From Escherichia coli (GTDB taxonomy: Bacteria > Pseudomonadota > Gammaproteobacteria > Enterobacterales > Enterobacteriaceae), in NCBI RefSeq assembly GCF_024223415.1, contig NZ_CP100500.1: DNA of 64,000 nucleotides, one strand, 5' to 3'. Of the stretch, positions 34,684-42,290 are shown one piece after another. Each line of letters starts with the position of its first letter. The first letter of the stretch is position 1. The notes under the pieces were generated by a model. That model was given only the letters and a program-made list of their open reading frames with translations, was not told the DNA's origin and searched no databases. The translations under genes were made by a program, and so were the position numbers.

Positions 34684-35268
34684 TTATGCTTTCCGTACGC
34701 CCGAGGAACTGGCATTTTTCAGAATAATATTATGCCCTGCTGGTGGCTTACCGTTATGCTTATTTTCTGCCTTCATGTTTCTGCGCTCCTGCTGTTTTTT
34801 CTTCATCTCATCCAGTCGCTTCCCCGCGTTCAACTGGTGCTCCTGTGTCACCTCCCCGCACGGATGGCCTTTCAGGTCGTAACGCACGCCACCAGCCATC
34901 AGGGAACGGTAATATCGCACTGAACTGACATAATACGCCAGCGTTGCGCGAAGCGCTCCCTGACCTAATGAAATACCTCTCGCAGTAATATCCTCCATCA
35001 GGTCATCAAATATGCCAACCTTAAGCGGTCTGGGCGATTCCTGGCTGAAAAGTTCAGGCCAGAGCGCGGCAAGGCGTTCAACGCGTCTGATATTTTTTTT
35101 CCGGCTCTTTTCTGATTTGCGTTTTGCTGCCGTCTTCTGTTGTGTTTTCTGCTCGCGGCTCTGCTTTTGCGCTGGTGTGGTTTTATCCGGCTGTTCAGCC
35201 TCCTGCGTCTTTTTCTGCGGTGTGCCGTATATGCCTTTTGGTTTTCGGTTAATGGTCAGCTTTGTCAT
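34684..35268 (-). CDS. FinO/ProQ-domain RNA-binding protein with a basic N-terminal extension
   Basis: Likely start MTKLTINRKPK (SD ggggagaa upstream); C-terminal region shares blocks with the ProQ N-terminal FinO domain as recalled (LWPELF, RPLKVGIFDDL, DLxGxPCGE). Confidence 0.65.
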   Translation of the reverse strand: MTKLTINRKPKGIYGTPQKKTQEAEQPDKTTPAQKQSREQKTQQKTAAKRKSEKSRKKNIRRVERLAALWPELFSQESPRPLKVGIFDDLMEDITARGISLGQGALRATLAYYVSSVRYYRSLMAGGVRYDLKGHPCGEVTQEHQLNAGKRLDEMKKKQQERRNMKAENKHNGKPPAGHNIILKNASSSGVRKA

Positions 35269-35347
35269 GTTCTCCCCCTTTGTGCTGTTCCACCAGCGGC
35301 ATCTGCTACCCCGTGTCGCTCCCGCTGGTGTCGTGTTTCCCCGCCTG

Positions 35348-35668
35348 TTAATAACCGTCATCATTTACGTTATCAGGGTAATCACGCCATATTTCATCAG
35401 TAAGCGACGGTAGCCCCATCTGTTGTATTGTCCTGTCTGCGGCCCTTCTGACTGCGTGAACATCATAACGGTTTTCAGGTATCGGGCGCTTTGCCTTCCT
35501 GATACATTCCCTTGCTCTCATTGCCGCAAGTTCTCTGTGCCTGTCTTCCTGAAGAGTAATCATCACATCCTGCCACCTTCTGGCAGCCCGTCGCCACAGT
35601 CCCCTGCTCTCGAGTTCTTCTGCTGTCGCGTCGCTTATTGTCCGGTTCTTCGGTGTGCTGTTGTTCAT
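35348..35668 (-). CDS. PerC-family transcriptional activator-like protein
   Basis: 106 aa with AEELESRGLWRRAARRWQDVM, resembling the conserved PerC/Pch motif as recalled. Confidence 0.5.
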   Translation of the reverse strand: MNNSTPKNRTISDATAEELESRGLWRRAARRWQDVMITLQEDRHRELAAMRARECIRKAKRPIPENRYDVHAVRRAADRTIQQMGLPSLTDEIWRDYPDNVNDDGY

Positions 35669-35685
35669 GTTGCTCCCCGCCTGAT

Positions 35686-36096
35686 TCAGAAGGGTATATC
35701 ATCTCCGTAGGGGTCATCGCCTCCCGCTGGTGGCTCATTCCCCTGTGTGCCTGTGGTTTTGCGTCTGTTCCCGCCATGACGTGCCGCACGCGCACTGATT
35801 ACGCTGTCTGCGATAACCTGCCAGCCCTGCCGCGTTTCCCCGTTCTGTCCGGTCCACTGGCTCACCTGCATGTTACCCGCCACGCTCAGGAGTTCACCTT
35901 TGCGGTGCTTTGCCAGTGCTTCGGCCTGTCTGCCAAACGCCAGCACAGATAACCACATCGTCGCCGTTCCGTCATCTGCCTGGCTGCACGGAAGGGGGAC
36001 CGCCATACTCGCCATCGCCATTTGTGTCCCCTTGCTGGTGGTCTTTAACTGCGGGTCAGCCACCAGCCGCCCGTAAGCCGCTATCTGTGCTGTCAT
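35686..36096 (-). CDS. ssb: Single-stranded DNA-binding protein (phage-type SSB)
   Basis: 136 aa; OB-fold pattern (GRLVADPQLK...WLSVLAFGRQAE...) and acidic C-terminal tail GDDIPF typical of SSB. Confidence 0.7.
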   Translation of the reverse strand: MTAQIAAYGRLVADPQLKTTSKGTQMAMASMAVPLPCSQADDGTATMWLSVLAFGRQAEALAKHRKGELLSVAGNMQVSQWTGQNGETRQGWQVIADSVISARAARHGGNRRKTTGTQGNEPPAGGDDPYGDDIPF

Positions 36097-36344
36097 GCTG
36101 TATGCTCTCCGGTTTTAACGTTGATGGTTGTCACCTGTTCCGCTCCGGCAATCTCCCGTTCTGTCAGCGTGGCAAAATTTGCCGCTACCGTTGTCATGAA
36201 TGCGCTTATCAGTTCGGGATGTGCTTTCGCGTATCCTTCTCCCGCGTGGCGGTCTATCGTTCTGATTGCCACCTTTAAGGCGTGCTCTGTCATGTCTAAC
36301 GCTTTATATTTTGGCGCTGTCTTATCTCTGGTTTTTCTGTTCAT
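36093..36344 (-). CDS. Hypothetical protein
   Basis: ORF 36093-36374; likely start MNRKTRDK, just downstream of the iterons. Confidence 0.45.
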   Translation of the reverse strand: MNRKTRDKTAPKYKALDMTEHALKVAIRTIDRHAGEGYAKAHPELISAFMTTVAANFATLTEREIAGAEQVTTINVKTGEHTA

Positions 36345-36560
36345 TCCCCACCACTCCCCACTTTTGCTCCCCACTTTTTAAATTCCCCACTTGCTCCCCA
36401 CCTCGTTTTTTGAGTGAATCTAATGCTTTGTTTTTCATTGCGTTTTTTACTCCCCACTTTTTTGGATGTATACAGGTGGGAAAGTGGGGAATTATGTTTC
36501 AATTTTGTTAAATTCCCCACTCTCCCCACTTTTACTACCCACTTTTTACAGTGGGTAAAC
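36344..36560. repeat. Iteron cluster, putative island replication origin
   Basis: At least nine direct and inverted copies of (a/c)TCCCCAC(TTTT), e.g. actccccactttt, gctccccactttt, attccccacttg, plus inverted gtgggaaagtgggga, next to the primase/helicase gene. Confidence 0.6.
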
Positions 36561-37961
36561 ATCATCCCCATCGACACAAATCACGCCGTCTTTTTCCAGC
36601 TTGGACAGCCAGCGCCGGAAGTGCTTCATCTCATACCCCAGCTTTTTCATATCGTCGCGGAGAAGGGCGATAGTGCATGGCTCTTTGTGTGCCGTCCGCG
36701 TTCTGATGCACTGCCATAGCGCGGTATGGTTTTCCGTCTTGTTGCCTGCCTCCTCGATGCGCTCCAGTTCAACGGGAGAGCGCGGCTTATCAACCACCAC
36801 CAGCGACGTGATTAACTCCCCGTCAGCGTCGGTAAAAAGCTCCACCACGCGTAAATCGTAGGCGGCCTCTTTCAGTTCCTCCGCGTCCTTCATTTTGGTG
36901 CAGGATATAACCAGGGCTTTACTGTCTGCACCTTCTCGGCGAATACGGTATTCAGCGTCCAGAGATGCACGAAATGCACTGGAACCACGCGCCCCCTTTG
37001 TTTCATCCTTGCCGGAATGGTGGACCACCAGCACCGTGGCCCCTGTGCGTCGTTTCAGGTCGTCACATCCACGGATAAACGCCCCCATATCCCGCGCGTC
37101 ATTTTCATCATTACCGCCAAAGCAACGCGCCAGCGTATCCAGAATAATCATGCGTACCGGTTTACCCGTTTCCCGTTCAACCTGGCGGGAAGCGATAACC
37201 ATTTCATCAACATCAAGCGGGGCTGCCGGAAAAATCGGGCGGTTTACCAGGTACAGATTTTTCACCCGTTCATCATTAACGATTTCCCATGCCTTGATAC
37301 GACGGGGGACACCAATGCCACCTTCACCGACAACATACATCACCGAACCATGCGCCACCCTGCGGCCTCCCCAGTGGCGCCCCGTGGCAACATGACACGC
37401 CCAGGAACACGCAAGGAATGATTTATAGGAACCGCTCGCACCGTATGTGCTGCACAATGAATTAGCCGGAATCACGCCCTTAACGACATAATCAAGCTGT
37501 GTGTCGTATCCTGCAGATCCAATGCTCATGGGTAGCGTGGTTTTTCGCTGGCTGTATTGCTCATCAGTAAGTATTTCCCCGCGCTCTGCCTGTTCGCGGA
37601 TCCGTTGCAGGTAGTCGCGCCATTCCTCCCGCTTCTGGCTGTGCATTCCCTCGGGGTAATAACTCGCATCCCGTATACCTGCCGCCGCCAGTTTTTGCCC
37701 GATGGCATTAATATTTGATGGCTTGATGTGGCCTGCCTTGTACAGCCGGACACAATAGCGACCATCGTCGATAATTTTCAGGTCTGCCAGTTCGTCAAGC
37801 TGACTGTCTCCCAGCCATACTGGCGGGACGTTATCGCCAGCAAGTCGCCCGTCCTGTTCCTGCCATTGTTTTGCGTGCGCCCAGGCATCACTACCTGCAA
37901 AAATAATGACTTCGGTCATTTTGTTGTGTGGCTGTTTTTTTAAGTTCGGTGCCAGTTTCAT
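36546..37961 (-). CDS. Replication protein: putative primase/helicase (RecA-like NTPase, AAA_25/RepA-like)
   Basis: 471 aa; P-loop-like GASGSYKSF and Walker B-like MIILDTLARCF; position typical of satellite pri-rep genes. Confidence 0.55.
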   Translation of the reverse strand: MKLAPNLKKQPHNKMTEVIIFAGSDAWAHAKQWQEQDGRLAGDNVPPVWLGDSQLDELADLKIIDDGRYCVRLYKAGHIKPSNINAIGQKLAAAGIRDASYYPEGMHSQKREEWRDYLQRIREQAERGEILTDEQYSQRKTTLPMSIGSAGYDTQLDYVVKGVIPANSLCSTYGASGSYKSFLACSWACHVATGRHWGGRRVAHGSVMYVVGEGGIGVPRRIKAWEIVNDERVKNLYLVNRPIFPAAPLDVDEMVIASRQVERETGKPVRMIILDTLARCFGGNDENDARDMGAFIRGCDDLKRRTGATVLVVHHSGKDETKGARGSSAFRASLDAEYRIRREGADSKALVISCTKMKDAEELKEAAYDLRVVELFTDADGELITSLVVVDKPRSPVELERIEEAGNKTENHTALWQCIRTRTAHKEPCTIALLRDDMKKLGYEMKHFRRWLSKLEKDGVICVDGDDVYPL

Positions 37962-38257
37962 TTTTTATCCCTGAATCCGTTAATCATGGTTTTCATCTTC
38001 TGAATATTGGCGCGTGCTTTCTCCCTGCTGGTTGGTTTACTGCGGGGCGCTGCCTGTACCAGAGAAAAATCACGCCGGAACTGATAAACAGGCATCACGC
38101 AGTCATATTCGTAGCCATCACGGCGGTAAGTGATGCGCCGTTCTGCCACGCCTTTAATCGTTACCGTACCGCCGTAGTTATCACGGAAAATATCGCCGGG
38201 ACGGATTTCAGGCCGAGCGGGGCCGCTGGCAGTAAAGCCAGAATTTTTCTTTTTCAT
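37958..38257 (-). CDS. Hypothetical protein
   Basis: 99-aa ORF overlapping the primase start (ATGA). Confidence 0.45.
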   Translation of the reverse strand: MKKKNSGFTASGPARPEIRPGDIFRDNYGGTVTIKGVAERRITYRRDGYEYDCVMPVYQFRRDFSLVQAAPRSKPTSREKARANIQKMKTMINGFRDKK

Positions 38258-38261
38258 GGTT

Positions 38262-38462
38262 TTATTTTCCTGTCAGTGATTCCGGCTTTATTCCGGCGCG
38301 AATACAGGCTTCAGAAAAAAAAGCCAGAGAACCAATAACCTCATTATTTCTAAGGCGGCATTGCGATTTCACTTTCCCTTTATCCAGGAATATCAAAACG
38401 CGCCCCGTATAATCAGATGGCACATTAAGCACTACAGGTAAGTGCGCTTCATGATTATTCAT
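38262..38462 (-). CDS. Hypothetical small protein
   Basis: ORF 38262-38531; likely start MNNHEAH (66 aa). Confidence 0.35.
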   Translation of the reverse strand: MNNHEAHLPVVLNVPSDYTGRVLIFLDKGKVKSQCRLRNNEVIGSLAFFSEACIRAGIKPESLTGK

Positions 38463-38742
38463 GGCTAACCACCTCCTGGAATTTTCTTCTGTAACGCGCC
38501 TCTGCCACATATTCAGCATAGTCCGACGCAATATTGAGAATATCGCTACCCGTTCCTGAATGTTCGGCGGTTTCCAGTAAAAAACATGCAGCTTTTACCA
38601 TGTCAGCAACACATAACAGCGCAATATCTGTATCTTCCGGTGTGCCATCAAATTCCTGTTTCAGGGCATTAAAACGATCATCACGCATAACCCCATATTC
38701 ACAATCAGCAATCAGGATGGCTTTGGCCTCATTCAGTGCCAT
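38455..38742 (-). CDS. Hypothetical protein (C-terminal, protein-like part of a 595-aa stop-free frame; true start uncertain, could extend to about 38898)
   Basis: Last ~95 codons of frame 38455-40242 are acidic and helix-like; upstream part looks non-protein-like. Confidence 0.4.
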   Translation of the reverse strand: MALNEAKAILIADCEYGVMRDDRFNALKQEFDGTPEDTDIALLCVADMVKAACFLLETAEHSGTGSDILNIASDYAEYVAEARYRRKFQEVVSHE

Positions 38743-38896
38743 ATCAGCGGTAAGCTGTGCGTAGGCCAGCAAATGCGGGATTATTGCCCCTGTATATTCC
38801 GGCTCTCTGATAATGTGGTCGGATGTGTTGATTAAATAGTTTGTGCGAAAAATGCACCTGTAACCATCAGTTAACAACGGATATACAGGGGGGACC

Positions 38897-39067
38897 ATGA
38901 ATGATAAGGGGGTGCCGTTTGATGTGCTCCTGCAAAAGCTGAATGCTGCACGCGCCGCAAGGGAACGTGAGCGCATGAGTAATAACCCTGTCCCTCCTGA
39001 ATTACCTCGCCCTGAACATTTTCCGCTTGAGGATTTCATCAGGGGACGAATCCGAACAAAACGATAA
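38897..39067 (+). CDS. Small ORF a (56 aa); paralogous to ORF c
   Basis: MNDKGVPFDVLLQKLNAARAARERERMSNNPVPPELPRPEHFPLEDFIRGRIRTKR; G-rich SD-like sequence upstream; shares the FPLE-FI / RERER motif with ORF c. Confidence 0.3.
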   Translation: MNDKGVPFDVLLQKLNAARAARERERMSNNPVPPELPRPEHFPLEDFIRGRIRTKR

Positions 39068-39310
39068 CCGCCGCCGTGATATGAGGCATCACGACGCAAT
39101 GCATTACAGGTGAGCACCATGAACAAATCCATATTATCCCCCACAGTTCTGGACGTAAACACAAAGCAGCGACAGATATTATTACGCGCCGTCATTAAAG
39201 CCAGACACGAGAAATTAAACCAAATCTTAAAATAAGATACGCCGCTACCGCTGTAAGTCTTCATCAGAAACAGAAAACGCCAGAGCAGATGAGCACGGAG
39301 GTAACTCTTT

Positions 39311-39505
39311 ATGAAAATAAACGAATCAGGGGAAATTACCGAAGCCAGCGTGGTACGCCAGCGGAGGCGGGAACGACGGGTACGGCCCCCCGCGCCATCC
39401 GATAATTTCCCGCTTGAGCGCTTCATCAGTGAACGGCCCCGCATACGCTGGAACGGCACAACCCCATACCCCGAGGAGAGACAGACAAAAAACAAACAGC
39501 GATGA
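39311..39505 (+). CDS. Small ORF c (64 aa); paralogous to ORF a
   Basis: SD ggagg 8 nt upstream; contains RRRERRVRPPAPSDNFPLERFISERP. Confidence 0.3.
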   Translation: MKINESGEITEASVVRQRRRERRVRPPAPSDNFPLERFISERPRIRWNGTTPYPEERQTKNKQR

Positions 39506-39681
39506 TGAAATCTGGAGGCCAATACCATCACGCAGCCATCAGGAGATTGCTGACGCGCTTCCTGTTCGCTGGTGGCCTCGATGGTAATCACGCGCGGTTG
39601 TGCAGTGCTCAGGGCGATAAAACGCCACACAAAGGCCGTTTGTGTGTGCGCAAGGCGTGGGGTATGCTGTGTTCCAGCCAT
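39460..39681 (-). CDS. Icd-like (host cell division inhibitor-like) protein; 3' end undefined because the frame has no stop until 38455
   Basis: Strong SD (aggag, 9-nt spacer) before ATG at 39681; MAGTQHTPRLAHTQTAFVWRFIALS...TSEQEARQQ... resembles Icd-like proteins of satellite elements as recalled. Confidence 0.35.
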
Positions 39682-39808
39682 AATCGTTACTCCTGTTAAC
39701 GGTTTGGTTAGACGCCCTGCATGTGTGCCACCACTGCGGGGCGTTGTTTTTGTGGTGTCATTGGTATACATTGTCACCTTAATGGCATTATCACTACAGA
39801 GGTTTATC

Positions 39809-39985
39809 ATGTCAACCAATGACAACAAAAAAGAAAGATTTTCCGTACAACTACGCCTAGACGCAGATTTGTTCGAGCGTTTAAGTATTGCCATGAAAGA
39901 AGATGGCGACGATAACCGATCTGGATGGATCAAAAGGCTTTTACGACGCGAATTAGATAAACGCGGCATTGAGTCAAAAAGCTGA
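39809..39985 (+). CDS. Ribbon-helix-helix (Arc/Mnt-like) DNA-binding protein
   Basis: 58 aa; ERFSVQLRLDADLFERLSIAMKEDGDDNRSGWIKRLLRRE parallels the Arc repressor pattern (beta-strand then two helices) as recalled. Confidence 0.5.
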   Translation: MSTNDNKKERFSVQLRLDADLFERLSIAMKEDGDDNRSGWIKRLLRRELDKRGIESKS

Positions 39986-40078
39986 CAGCCAACCAGCAAG
40001 CCAGCACACTGATCACATTGCCCACCAGCCGCAAATGTGGCATTGTTGGTGATGCTTTTGTTTTCCCTTGTTCCCACT

Positions 40079-40108
40079 GGCGACCCTTTTGCGGTCGCCT
40101 TTGTTTTG
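40079..40108 (+). terminator. Rho-independent terminator after the RHH gene
   Basis: ggcgacccttttgcggtcgcc + tttgtttt. Confidence 0.55.
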
Positions 40109-40202
40109 CCTGTTATCCGGCAATTGTGGCGCTTCGCCACACGGTTTATATAACCCCACTGCTCAGATTCATTTTTTGCGCAGTAGGTTAATTGTTCGCA
40201 AG

Positions 40203-40231
40203 GGCGGCTCCTTATCGGGGCCGCTTTTTTC
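40203..40231 (+). terminator. Second plus-strand terminator before alpA
   Basis: gcggctccttatcggggccgc + tttttt. Confidence 0.5.
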
Positions 40232-40256
40232 GTGTTTGTCATATCTGTGATACCCG

Positions 40257-40463
40257 TTAAGCAGCCGTTCCGCGTGCTTCCTGTTCGCGTTCTTTCTGCC
40301 AGGCCAACACATCATCCTCATACCATCCGCGACGGCGTAAACCAACGCGAAAACCCTGCGGAAATTCTCCGGCGTTGATCATGCTTTGCAGCGTGCTGTC
40401 TGCCTTGATGTGGATAATTTTTTTTACTTCCTGGCGAAAGATAATTTTTCTGATTGCTTCCAT
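40257..40463 (-). CDS. alpA: AlpA-family regulator / excisionase-like protein
   Basis: 68 aa; HTH region LQSMINAGEFPQGFRVGLRRRGWYEDDVLAW typical of AlpA-family proteins. Confidence 0.7.
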   Translation of the reverse strand: MEAIRKIIFRQEVKKIIHIKADSTLQSMINAGEFPQGFRVGLRRRGWYEDDVLAWQKEREQEARGTAA

Positions 40464-40593
40464 CGTGATTTACCTTGTGAATCCGGTGTATTCCGGTGAC
40501 AAATACGGTAAATCATCGGATATGGGTAAAAACAGTTCCCACCGTTTTTAAACGGTATACACCGTTTTTTATATTGATGATTTGAAATGGAAT

Positions 40594-40622
40594 TATAAAA
40601 AAAGCGGCATTTCTGCCGCTTC
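40594..40622 (-). terminator. Terminator between the int-proximal ORF and alpA
   Basis: Minus strand agcggcagaaatgccgct followed by a T-run. Confidence 0.45.
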
Positions 40623-40630
40623 CAGGATTG

Positions 40631-40882
40631 TTACCGCCATTTTTTGGGCCTGCCTCCGATCTTCATAGATGCCGGACGTACGACCTTATCAATACTTACC
40701 GCCAGATTTCTGGAAGCGCCACGGGATACCAGAAAATCTACTACCTGTTTTTTTGATGGGGCCGTCGTCCTGTCCTCCGGATCGTAGGTTGACCAAAATT
40801 CATGCTGAACCATCAGGGCCAGTTGCAGCCCGTCGCAATTGCATCTGATATTTTTTTGCATCTTAACGGTTTCATGTTTCAC
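40631..40882 (-). CDS. Hypothetical protein between int and alpA
   Basis: 83-aa ORF with basic C-terminus (GGRPKKWR). Confidence 0.4.
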   Translation of the reverse strand: MKHETVKMQKNIRCNCDGLQLALMVQHEFWSTYDPEDRTTAPSKKQVVDFLVSRGASRNLAVSIDKVVRPASMKIGGRPKKWR

Positions 40883-40959
40883 GGCCTTGTCGTTAAATTT
40901 GATGCAATTATACGACGGTTTTACATGGTTTTCGTAGTTTTTACTGGTTTTCTGTACAG

Positions 40960-42219
40960 CTACACGGCTCGGATACCCCTTTTACCACTGGCGAGGGTTA
41001 CGCCCGTCGCCGCAGCCTCGACAAATTCGCCCCACCAGCGCATCAGCACGATGCGTTTTTCTATGTAGTTGCTCCGGTTGTATGCCCGTCTAACTTCGTT
41101 GGTGTCGACGTGGGCAAGTGCCGCCTCTATTACGTCCGGCTCGAATCCTTCCTCGTTCGCTGCTGTGCTGAATATGGCGCGTAATCCATGAGACACCAGC
41201 ACGCCAGCGAATCCCATACGCCGCAATGCTGCGTTAGCTGTCTGGCTGTTCATCGGCTGCTGTGGGTCTTTCAGACTTGGGAAAACGTAATTGCGGTGGT
41301 GGCTGATTGGTTTCATGGCCTCCAGCACCGCCATAGCCTGACCGGAAAGCGGGATAACGTGATCCCTGCGCATCTTCATGCGTCCGGCAGGTATCGTCCA
41401 TTGCTTCGCGTCCAGGTTGATTTCATCCCACCGCGTTGATGACGCTTCGGCGGGACGGGTTACGGTCAGTAACTGCCATTCAATCAGTAATCTGGTCTGC
41501 CGTTCTGTTGCCGATACTGATAAAGCCTGCATAAGCTCGGGCAGCTGTTCGGGGCGGATTGTTGGCATATGTTTTTTTACAGGTGAGGGAAACGCCTTAC
41601 GCACATTCATAGCCGGATTGGCATCAATCAGCCCACTGTTGGCGGCGTAATCCATTACCTCATTAACGCGCTGTAAAACCCGCTTGAGTGTTTCCAGGTT
41701 GCCGCGCTCCTTGATGGGGGTAAGCACTTCAACGAACCTTCGGGCGGTGAGGGTATCTATTGGCGTGTTGCCGATGAACGGGAATACATATTTATCCAGC
41801 GAACGCCAGATGTCTTTAATCGTGTTGGGGGCCAGATTCTGGCTGATTTTCACCTGGTACCATGCCGCCGCCACATTTTCGAACGTGTTCCCTTGTCTTC
41901 GGGCCTCTGTCTCTCTTTTTTGCCTCTCGTGGTCCTGCGGGTCAGTTCCGGCACTGATTAACGTCCTGTACTCGCTACGGCGTTTTCTGGCATCAGCCAG
42001 GGAAACATCTTCAAGCGATCCAAAACTCAGCAATATTCTTTTTTTGTCCGATGGTCGGTAGTAGGAAAATCTCCAGAGTTTTGATCCAGACGGTTTGACC
42101 AGGAGAAAAAGCCCTCCGCCGTCCTGCAGGGTGTACTCCTTTTGCGCTGGTCTGGCTGCTTTGATCTGCACTGTGGTTAATGGGTGTGTTTTTCTCGCCA
42201 TATGTCTATGATTCCACAC
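40960..42219 (-). CDS. int: Tyrosine recombinase / integrase (P4-type)
   Basis: 419 aa adjacent to tRNA-Pro; N-terminal arm-binding region (LFLLVKPSGSKLWRFSYY) and C-terminal catalytic domain (HGLRAIFST...LAHV...RAYNRSNY). Confidence 0.9.
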   Translation of the reverse strand: MWNHRHMARKTHPLTTVQIKAARPAQKEYTLQDGGGLFLLVKPSGSKLWRFSYYRPSDKKRILLSFGSLEDVSLADARKRRSEYRTLISAGTDPQDHERQKRETEARRQGNTFENVAAAWYQVKISQNLAPNTIKDIWRSLDKYVFPFIGNTPIDTLTARRFVEVLTPIKERGNLETLKRVLQRVNEVMDYAANSGLIDANPAMNVRKAFPSPVKKHMPTIRPEQLPELMQALSVSATERQTRLLIEWQLLTVTRPAEASSTRWDEINLDAKQWTIPAGRMKMRRDHVIPLSGQAMAVLEAMKPISHHRNYVFPSLKDPQQPMNSQTANAALRRMGFAGVLVSHGLRAIFSTAANEEGFEPDVIEAALAHVDTNEVRRAYNRSNYIEKRIVLMRWWGEFVEAAATGVTLASGKRGIRAV

Positions 42220-42232
42220 GAAAAAACAGGGT

Positions 42233-42290
42233 TTTAGTTATACGGCTTTAGTTATACGTCAGCCCGTATAACTAAACGTATAACTAAAAA
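42233..42290. promoter_or_regulatory. Cluster of putative integrase arm-type sites
   Basis: ttagttatacg x2 (inverted) and cgtataactaaacgtataactaaaa between int and the tRNA. Confidence 0.4.

Noticed and set aside
36344-36560. CCCCAC repeat cluster considered as a possible CRISPR array
   Set aside because: Repeat units are only 7-11 bp with irregular spacing and mixed orientation, and there are no cas genes; an iteron origin fits better.
38743-40242. 595-aa minus-strand ORF (38455-40242) as one large protein
   Set aside because: The middle ~400 codons are Cys/Arg/Ser-rich with no domain-like pattern and overlap plus-strand ORFs that have their own SD sequences. Only the Icd-like start and the C-terminal ~95 codons look protein-like, so the continuous frame is probably partly fortuitous.
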